Shown one piece after another: positions 41,901 through 51,197 of a stretch of 64,000 bases of DNA. How positions within the stretch are numbered: position 1 is the stretch's first letter; each line of letters opens with the position of its first letter. Source of the DNA: Takakia lepidozioides (Eukaryota > Plantae > Bryophyta); contig CM060734.1 in assembly GCA_030704615.1 (NCBI GenBank), positions 42,284,001-42,348,000 of the forward strand. Direction: 5' to 3'. The notes beneath the pieces are model-generated. The model made no database searches and was not told the DNA's origin. It saw only the letters and a list, made by a program, of their open reading frames with translations. Made by a program: the position numbers and the translations under genes.

Positions 41901-42499
41901 TACAAACCAGGAACTATGGGATTTCATGAATCCTACACAAAGTTGTAGGGTTTCAAAGTCGAACCAATCAGAATGCTTGTATACACCAAGAGCCCTATGA
42001 CCACTCACACTTTTTGGGGGGTTATATCAAATGATTGTTTGCCAAATGACAAAAATGAGCAGTCTTGGGACCAGCACTGCATGGTCATAGGTACAGACAG
42101 AAGCGTTAATGGGGTGTTCGGTCATAGACGCCTGTTCGGTCATAGGTCAACTTACCTAAGTACGTGTACCTTGATGCGGCACTCCCACACCCTAACATGA
42201 CGAATCCTCAGCCAGACTTGAGCTCGAGCGGTGAACTCATCCGGATGAACTTTGCCTATACTACAACTGTCTGTGGCCGAGCACATTCAAACAGGTGTCA
42301 ACTGACTCGAACATGTGTGGGTGATTATATCCCGAAAGCTGCCATCACAAAAGTGGCCTTGTCGACTGGGGGCCCCATAAAGGACATGGAACCGAAAAGA
42401 GATGGATGAACCACCCTGCAGGCTGCGAACAGATTCATCCAACACGCAATCTTCAATCCCTGTCGATCCTGGAAGCATAAACCTGCCGACTTATCAGTT

Positions 42500-43250
42500 T
42501 CACCCTCCAAGATCTATCCGTCTATGTATGTATATGCCCGGCCGAGCTCGCAATTCACAACTCGGACAAGGAAAACACCCGAGAGTCTTCCCACCGCAAG
42601 TGAAGTGAAGAGCGCAGAAACACATGAGCCGACATCGACATCCAAGTACGTAGACTTGAGACGCGTATTGGTAGACTTGCTCGCACATGACGTCGATCTA
42701 GGCTTTTACCTGCAAAGGTGGGTGGATCCACATCGGAAAAGTGCTGCCCTGATTTGAGGGACCGTTGAGACACCGTCCAAGCATGCCGCCCCACGTCATG
42801 CAAGAGAATGTCCTGACCGGTGAGGAGATGAGGAGAGAGGGGTCAGCAGCTGGTTGCCCTTTACCGAGTGGACTGGTTGGTGAGAAGATCTGGGAAGCCG
42901 TAGTGTCAGACAGAAGCAGTGCAGGTTAAGCACCGTGCTGTTTGGTGAGAGAAACCTTCGGGGAGTTATCAACAGCTCACAATTTGGCGGTGTGTTTGGC
43001 ACTAGAAGCCGACTTCACACTGCAGTAGACATCCGGGATTTGAATGGGTTGATGAGTGATCGTAAAAATTGTAAAAGAAGTAGACAGTCCACCGCAATAA
43101 GGTTACTGGAGTCACCTGTCGTGGCAAAACTCATCACACTTTCCCCAGATTTCATAAGACGTGGTTGGGCAGGTTCCCCTGAGCTTTCCACAAAGCTGGA
43201 TCTGCGTGGTCTCATAGGCGTGTCGAGAAAATAAGAGCAGGCAGCTTCCA
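42500..43250 (-). mobile_element. Heavily decayed retrotransposon gag-like remnant
   Basis: MKSGESVMSFA..LLLQFLRSL resembles the Gag Q-x-x-x-E-S-V motif region. There is no other support. Confidence 0.3.
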
Positions 43251-44374
43251 GCGCACTGTAGTAGAGAACCCCGACACCCTCGCATGTGAAAATTTGCGTT
43301 CAAAATAGTATGGAAGATTTTAGTATGCAAAAATCTGCGGTCTCATCTTCAATCGTATCGCTTATCTAGCTAGGGTATCGAATGTAAAGGCGGGGAATCT
43401 CCAAACCTTTTAAGATGCAAGCGTTAGGATTATGCTAGCTAGCTCGTATGCTCTCGCTGTCCTGCTTTTCTTGTCATCGTCGTCGTCGGTTAGGTAGTAG
43501 CATCAGTTTCGGCATGATTTTTTTGGTCTGTAGGATTTCCGCCTGGGATTCTCATGGTACTGAGTTCGCTGCTCTTCTCTATTGCTGCGGGAGACCACAG
43601 TTACACCCGAAGCTTCCCTACATTCCCCCGGTTGCTTCCTTCTCTGCGCAGACAAGGATCGCAGGCTTCCTAGTCTAGGGATCTCTTGTCCGTGGAAGGA
43701 GGATGACCTATGCGTTTTAGTCCTTGTGCGGCGCAACGCCGAGAGAAGGCAGCTGGAACATAGAAAATTCCTGGAAAATACGTAGATTTTCACGTAGAAC
43801 AAACTAATTCACAAGGGGGGCCTCTCAGTTTTTCTTGATCTTAGACCAGCAAGAAAGTCGACACCGTAGTTACATAGTAAAGAAAAAAGGGAATTACATA
43901 CGAGTCCACCGGATCCGATACAGCGAGGAGAAGAAATGAAATGAAATGAAATGAGATGGTACTTTCCAATCTCCCACGTATCTCATAGTATAGGGGGCAA
44001 TAGAAGAAGAAGTGATCTTCAGTTTCAAGTTCCTGGTTGCGCCCTATGCAAGCTGGACAGAGCCGGTCCTCCCGCTGCAGGTCTCTAGAAGAGAGAGAGA
44101 ATTATCGGGAGCCGCGCGAGAGAGAAGAGACAACCACACACAGTGAAAGACAAAACATCGTAACGTCCACAGAGGACACACTGGTCATGCGACAGGGAGA
44201 GACTTGGTACAACTATACGTAGCTCAAGAACCCATTGGCAGTCGGAAGGGGAGAAAAAGAGAAATGAAATGAAATGAAATGAAATGGTGCTTTATAACGT
44301 CCGCGGAAAGAGAGTGAGAGGGAATGGAAACCACTTGCACCGGCACCGACGCAGTGACAATGAAAGGAATCAGA

Positions 44375-44659
44375 TGTTGACAGAGTTTATAAATCTACAC
44401 ACATCTACAACGAGATTCCACAGCCAGAGTCCTACGATCTGTATATTCAGATATGAGAGAAAAAGAAAACAGTAAGTTAGAGACAAGCAAGACAACTGTT
44501 CTTGATTCTTGAAAAACAAGATAACATAATAGTCAGGCTTCACGTCTATCTGTATTCTGTCCAGTAACTAGCAGTCAATATATTTGACCAGCTGTCACTA
44601 ATTTAAAATCAAACTCCTCATGATAAAGGTGTGTGGATGTAAATCGTTGTAATCCTACA
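44375..44659 (-). repeat. 3' LTR of Copia A
   Basis: On the minus strand, purine tract agtgggag is followed by TGTAGG..TCAACA. Confidence 0.7.
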
Positions 44660-47636
44660 CTCCCACTGATACACCTAAGCTTCATGCATGAGCCTTAGGG
44701 TACCGGCACTATGCCTGCCATGCTCTTAAATCTGATAAATTTATCAGCTGGTAGAGCCTTAGTAAACATGTCTGCAATGATCCTCCGTAGGAACGTAAGC
44801 TACGTCTACCTCCCCCTGTGTGTCTCGCACATAGTGATACTGGATATCTATGTGCTTTGTACGCTTGTGAAATTCAGGATTTCTCACCAAACGAATAGCA
44901 CTCTGATTATCTGACAATAAATCAGTTGCTCCCTCATGCTCATACCCTATGTCCTTCAACAACCGTCGAACCCAGACAGCCTCTTTCGTTGCTGTACATG
45001 CAGCCACGTATTCAGACTCTGTTGTAGAGGATGATGTGCATTTCTGGAGTTGGCTGCTCCATGCGAGTGGTCCTTCATTCATCATGAAAATGAATCCTGT
45101 CATGGACCCGAGCTCTTCCTGGACAGTGCGAATATTTTGCTGCACAACTGACAGCATAGGCAATGTCAGGTCGTGTGCCCAACATCGCAAACATAAGTGA
45201 GCCAACCGCTTCCCTGTAGGGTAGGTACTCACTATTCTCTCCTTCGTTATCTTTGTATTTTTCAGCTACATGCAAGCTGCTTAACCTTGCATTAGGGTCA
45301 GCTGGAACAATCACAGGACTTGTGTCATCAAATCCAAAACGTTTGATGATGTGAGCAATATACCTATTCTGATCATTCTTTTGTCCCTATCTCTGGTTAT
45401 TCGCAATCCCACGTAACAGTCGACTTCTCCTGCTTTCACGTCAAAATGCAGATTCAAGTATGCGATGATCTCATCCATTGATTTATCACGGCTGCAAAAC
45501 AATTCCATCATCTACAAAGATTGATGTAATCGTCTCTGATGCACCATCACTGTAATACACACAACAGTCAGCCTGGCTTGGCTTTAGGTCATACTTCACA
45601 AGAAAATGATTGAACTTCTCGTTCCATGCCCGGGATGTTTGTTTAAGCCCATATAAACTCTTTTTCAGAACACAGACTTCGTCTTCATGTCCTCTTTCCA
45701 CGTAACCTTCTGGCTGCACATATACAGCTCTTCATCCAAATCTCCATTCAGGAAAGCTGTCTTCACGTCAAACTGGACTATGTTCATGTCTTTGACTACA
45801 GCTATGCTCAAGATCGTCCTGATCGAATCAAACTTGGCAATTGGGGCGAAAGTCTCATCATAGTTTATGCCCTGTTATTGTGAATATCCTTTAGCAACTA
45901 CTCTTGCCTTGAACCTCTCAATTGTGCCATCCGATTTTTGTTTGACCTTAAACACCCATTTGCACTTTATGGCTGTTCTCCCTGGGGGCAATTTGCCTAG
46001 AACCCATATTTTGTTCTGCAGCAATGATTGATACTCTTTAGACATGGCTTCTTTCCAGCTTTCCGAATGCCCAGACTTAATGGCTTCCTGATAGGTTTTA
46101 GGCTCATCAGGTAAATACTCGGCTTCCGCTAAACATGCATAAGATGATTTTTGCTTCCTTCCTTCATTTGACACGTTTAATACATATTCACTCAGTCTAC
46201 TCGGTGGTCTCCTTTCCCTGTGTGGATTAACTCTTAGTGGTTGGACTGCTTGGTCTCTCCCACTGGTCAATGCTTCTCCCACTCTCGTAGTTAGATCAGC
46301 ACCGGTCAACAAATGCACTGCAGAAATACCACTCTCTATTGACTCATTCAATTGACAGGGTCTTGTATTTTCCTGACCTGTGATTATGTCACCAACAGGT
46401 GTGGCTACCTAGTTGTGACCATTCTGAACTACAGGAGGAACTACTGATGGTAAAGCTTTCTGTCCCTTCTTCCTTCCATCACAGTATTTCCTACTGCATC
46501 AGTCAATTTGCAAATATTCTTGCTATAAGTAGTTGTAAGATTCTTGTCAGCAGCTTGGCCTATGGAAAAGAGATTTTTCCTTAACTCTGGGACATACAGA
46601 ACATTCTTGATCGTCCCACGCTTCCATCCATTGTTAACATGACAACGAATCTCAATATCACCAACACCTGCCACCCATAGTTGTTGATTGTCAACCACGT
46701 ACACTTGCCAACGCCCTCTGGGTATTTTTCTCATGGTCTTGAACCATTTTTGTTTATCAGTTATATGTTTAGTTGCGCCTCCATCAGCGAACCAAAACTC
46801 CTAGTTGAATCAATTGCAGCAAACGCTACACTCTCACATTTGTCAAGAGTTACATTGGCATGACTTCTTGATCCAGATGTGATCCCCGCAGCTTCATCAC
46901 GTATGCGCTTTCGACATTCTTTTATCCGATGTCCTGACATACCACAGTAGTTACATCTGCTGTTCTTCTTTTTCTCAGCCATGATGTCAGTAGATGATCG
47001 GTGGTTGTAACCATGAGGATCCCTTGAACTTGATCGCATCGGCCTCTTTAGTGTTGCATTCTTACTGTTATTCTTGATTTGTTTTCCATCCTTCATAAAG
47101 AATGCGTGACCTCCAACCTGATCTCCTTCTTGCTCTACATCATACATCTTTGCTCTTGCTTCCTCCTTTAACAGCCGCACTGTTAGATTATCGATTGTCT
47201 GACTAGCTTGTGGAACGTTGTCTCACGCTGCCAACACATGTTTGTAGGACTGGGGCAAACTGCAAATGACCTTTGTTATTATTGTTGTCTCTGACGTTAC
47301 TTCACCGAGATCGTTCAATTTAGCAGCTAATGACTCGATCTTGCTAATGTGATGAGCTATTTCGTCACCTGCTTTCATTTTGTATTCAAAAAACTCTTGC
47401 TACAGGACGTGTTTATTCTCTGACACATTTTGTTCATGAGTGGCCAATAACCTCTGCCACATCTGATGTGCAGTAACACAATTAATCAGCCTCTGAAGGT
47501 GTCTCTGATCTACAGATGCACACATGTACATCTTCCATACATTATTTCCTTCGTCCCAAACTGTCTGTGCATCAAGTAATTCGTCGGCAGAAGCACCTGG
47601 GTTTGCTACCGCTGTTGGTCTAACTGCAGATCCATC
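44375..47636 (-). mobile_element. Ty1/Copia element A, degenerate: partial gag, protease region, integrase deleted, RT, RNase H, 3' LTR
   Basis: Gag (QMWQRL..EQ; CNYCGMSGHRIKEC), RT (KCKWVFKVK, FKARVVAKGY, QFDVKTAFL, LKKSLYGLKQ, IFVDD), RNase H (STTESEY, DNQSAI, HKRTKHIDI). The 5' part is cut at 47636 by element X1. Confidence 0.92.
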
Positions 47637-48058
47637 TGTCAAGTTAAATAAACACAGTGTGAAACTAACTAGAATAAATCTAGTTATTTGTATTTAACAC
47701 TTGGATTTAGTTCAAGTGTTAAGTCAGGTGTCAAGTTTAGCTTGACACCTGAACCGTCTTATCTTCACGAGAGCGTTAGTCGTGCGGCTCATCTCTCTCG
47801 AGTTGAGCCTGCACGACCGAGCTCCTTCGCTGCTTAGAATCTGAGTGTGCTTATGAAGGGAGCATAGGATGTTGTGGGGTGGAGTCCCCATAGCTTGGGG
47901 TGCCCCTGGCTCGACTCTTAGTTTAACGAATGATGGTGTTGTATTTCATGTCCTTGTGTCAACAGCGTGATTTTAGTTTTTTATCACTCGAGAGAGATGA
48001 CCTGTCTAGTTTTTGTAGTGCTCAGCTAGATAGAGTTCTTTTATGTTAGCACTATGTC

Positions 48059-48146
48059 GATGGTCGAGGTGAAGAGAGCGGCATGCTTGATGACGACGTA
48101 GTTCTCCAACTCGTCATAAACCACACCAATCTCATCCAAGAAGCGT
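48059..48146 (-). pseudogene. THI1: Captured fragment of thiamine thiazole synthase
   Basis: [29 protein letters not shown] matches the conserved THI1/THI4 segment [28 protein letters not shown]. Confidence 0.88.
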
Positions 48147-48529
48147 TTCCCGTTTTGTTGTTGTTGCACATGAGCGATGTATTTTGGAGGAAGTTGATTC
48201 GGGGGGCAGCAGAAGAAAGTGTTCACCATAACCTATGGCTGTAAGGGGAAGACGGGATTCCACGCTTGCAAGCTACCTGCGGAAGCAAGCTGCAATCTAG
48301 TGCGAGTGCGAGGTTCTGAGGACAGACCTCGATCGCAATGATCTTGTCGAAAGGCTGTGCAGGGTAAATGATCCATAGCTACTTGAACAAAGGTCCTGAA
48401 ACCATTGTCGTATAGCAGCTGTATAGCAGCTGGTAGGGTTTCTCTCGTTGCCAGTTGTAGGAGGGTGGTAAGCGCTGGATCCAGAAATAGCTCCCCGCCT
48501 GAGCCGGAATTCCACCAGAAGAAAACGGG

Positions 48530-48725
48530 TTGAGCTGCATGTCATCCGTGCAGCGGGGGAATACGGTGGCAGACACCTTGGCTTGGTGGGCAGATCACAA
48601 TCGTATGTTCGAAGCGCAAACAGGCAGTAGCGTTGAAGGCCAAGCTTCCGTTGACAGTGTCCGTCATGGCCACAGGAAAAACATCCGGAAAGCTCCTACA
48701 CAGGGTTCTAAGAAGGGTTGTATGA
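48530..48725 (+). pseudogene. DREB2: Captured N-terminal fragment of a DREB2-type AP2/ERF transcription factor (AP2 domain absent)
   Basis: GNTVADTLAWWADHN and RKAPTQGSKKGCM correspond to the DREB2 motifs GxTVAxxLxxWxxxN and RKxPAKGSKKGCM. Confidence 0.8.
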
Positions 48726-48729
48726 GCAA

Positions 48730-49090
48730 TTGATACAGAAAGGGGTGACTCCAGACAGGGTGACATTCACTTGCGTCCTGAACGCATGTGCCAGCCTAGG
48801 AGCTGTTGAAAAAGGGCAAGGAGGTCCATGCTGAGATCATCAAAGTTGGAGTTGGGCCAAATATCCCTCTTGAGACTGTCCTTGCCAACATGTATTCCAA
48901 ATGCGGAAGCATGGAGGACGCATGGTGTTTGACAACATGGCTCGACAAGATGTGGTCTCATGGAGCTAAATCATTGCAGGATATGCTCAGCATGGTTGTG
49001 GTAGGGAGGCTTTTGTATGTACAAATGCAACAGGGAGGGGTGCAGCCCGACAACATAACATTCATTTGCTTCTAGTGCATGTCCCACTCT
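48730..49090 (+). pseudogene. Captured PLS-class pentatricopeptide repeat fragment
   Basis: GVTPDRVTFTCVLNACASLGAVEKGKEVHAEIIK..NMYSKCGSMEDA..DVVSW..IAGYAQHG..MQQGGVQPDNITF, with frameshifts. Confidence 0.9.
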
Positions 49091-49148
49091 CACTTGTACT
49101 CATTCAGATCGATTGCTCCACTCACCGATTGCTCCATCTACACATCTC

Positions 49149-49348
49149 TCATTCCATTTCTTCAACAACATCAACTTCACTGTTGTCGCCGCCCACACGA
49201 TTATGTTTCTTAGCATATCGTTGATTCCTCAAGAACTTAGGGTCCATCCCTTTCTGGAGGTGTACTTCTGCTACTTAGGCTTCTTGATCCCGTTCCTGTG
49301 CATCTTGTACGACTGGTTGTGCGCTGTGTGATTCTTTGACTTCGCCAT
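49149..49348 (-). pseudogene. RPL29: Complete intronless copy of 60S ribosomal protein L29 (eL29), disrupted
   Basis: [53 protein letters not shown], with one internal stop and a 1-nt loss at KG-MD. Confidence 0.93.
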
Positions 49349-49359
49349 CACAACAAGAT

Positions 49360-49545
49360 TAACCCAAACGGTTCAGAGCATGAATCTGACCTTCGTGTTG
49401 GAGACCTCGCAGCAAGCCGCTGGAGAGTGAAAGAGCAGCCCTGACGCCAGAGGCATGGCAGACCCGGGGTGCAGGACGTGCAGCAGTTGTCAAGCGTGTG
49501 CCTGCGAAGGAGGATCCCAGCACAGCAACCTGGGCACTGTTGGTA
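49360..49545 (-). pseudogene. Captured plastid transit-peptide-like fragment, parent unknown
   Basis: AVLGSSFAGTRLTTAARPAPRV..SGVRAA has a typical transit-peptide composition and a VRA cleavage motif. Confidence 0.5.
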
Positions 49546-49926
49546 GAATTTAATTCCACCATTTCGGGCACTCGCAGGGCACTATATTTTGAACTTGATG
49601 GGAACTTGTAGTGAATCGCAAAAAACGTGGGAACAGTTTTTAATGGTGAGAACGTTTAGGTGTTAAAAAAAAAACCCTTTTGATCTAATTTAAATGATTT
49701 AGAGCCTAATTGGTCATATCTTTGTCAAATGGACTTTGTTTGACTCAGTTTTTGGGGGGGTAGCTGCAGAAAGGGGAAATCTACCTATCTTGGTTTTAGT
49801 TTTTTGGACTCCGCTAAAAATCTATGGAATTTTTTGAGTGTGAGTGTGCTATGAAAGATCCACAATTCTGTTTCTAGAACCTGTTGTGGTCTACATGAGA
49901 GACAAATCTGTGGATGCCTTCCTTGC

Positions 49927-50661
49927 ATGGCTGGGGGAAATGAGGACGTAATTGAAGGGCAGGTCTCTTTTCTTAGCATGTGCACACAAGGGGACAAGAT
50001 TTATGTTTCTCAAGGAACTCAGACTGATTTGAGTTGGGAACAGTTGGACGAGTTGATTGCATACTGGGAGTCAAGCATTAGCAATAGACAACAAACTGCT
50101 GTAGTTGGCGTTGAGAGCCTCAATATTGTTTTGGACAGTCAGAACTTTGTTGGAGCAAGCAGTTCTGCAGCTGTAGGTGAAATACCAAAGTGGGTGGAAG
50201 CTAGGCTTGGAACACAGCCAAAGACAGCCCCGGGGACCAAGGTGCTCACCCACAAGGCCGTGGTGTACTGGAGCAGAGGAGCAGGAGCTACACAAGTTTT
50301 TGCAATCAGACATGGTTGCAGCCGGACACGCTCTGCACAAGGCAACCACGAGCGGGGGTTCATTAGCAATGACAAGTTTGTTCTGCTTGAAGGAGATGCA
50401 GTCATTCGCAACGAGGACATCCGCAACCGTCTCAAAGCTTTCGAGTTGAGAGACTGTCAGACCCTACCTTTATTTTCTTTAGTGTTCAGTGAGCGGGAGA
50501 TATGGGAGTATTGTTTTGTCTCTACCTGGCAGAGAGAGGAGGAGGGTTGGTTAGAGCGAGCTACTATAGCTTGGGATAAGGTTAGTAACAGGTTTCTGGA
50601 CATAGATATATCTCCTACACCTTACCATCATGCAGAGCGAGGCACTTTGAGAGAAGTCTAG
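49927..50661 (+). CDS. Orphan 244-aa ORF in the X1 leader (possible accessory ORF)
   Basis: Uninterrupted ATG-initiated ORF on the same strand as gag. No motif recognised. Confidence 0.4.
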   Translation: MAGGNEDVIEGQVSFLSMCTQGDKIYVSQGTQTDLSWEQLDELIAYWESSISNRQQTAVVGVESLNIVLDSQNFVGASSSAAVGEIPKWVEARLGTQPKTAPGTKVLTHKAVVYWSRGAGATQVFAIRHGCSRTRSAQGNHERGFISNDKFVLLEGDAVIRNEDIRNRLKAFELRDCQTLPLFSLVFSEREIWEYCFVSTWQREEEGWLERATIAWDKVSNRFLDIDISPTPYHHAERGTLREV

Positions 50662-51197
50662 CAGTTGATAGCATAGATCAGGATTAGATCTTGCTTGGTC
50701 GGGCCTCTATTCTTCCCCTCCCTCTCTTTACTATTTTCATTACTTTGTACTTGTAGTTGCCAAAGCCTCTCTTGATGGAGGCCAGTCAGTCCGGGGTTTT
50801 TGGGCTGGGATATTCTGCAGGATCAGCACTGCAGATGGATTTTGGTGTGGGGGTGTTGATGTTTTGATTTCTTGTGTTTGGATCCCCCCCAACACCTGCA
50901 TGCTTGACTGTGCGCCATGTTGGTTTTGTGTGGGCGCTTGCTTTCATAGGGATTAGGCCGGATTTGATCACCCGTCCATCCTAGAGTATGTTGTCGGTGG
51001 TGAGGCTAGAGTGATGACCAGCAAGACCACCAATGTTTCTTCTATGGTGAGACTGTGTTGATGACCAGCCAACCATATGAGTTCTGACGGTGGATACAGG
51101 TGCAGGTGCCCTAAGCCACTGGGATATGATCCTTAAATTGCAACAGGTGCCCACCCGTGTCACTATTAGAATTAGTACTAGAGCCTTATAATGTCAC

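Noticed and set aside
48050-49613. Pack-CACTA boundaries (CACTA at ~48050, TAGTG at ~49609) around the captured fragments
   Set aside because: The match does not extend beyond 5 bp, there is no 3-bp TSD, and the left gcact is also present in the X2 terminus.
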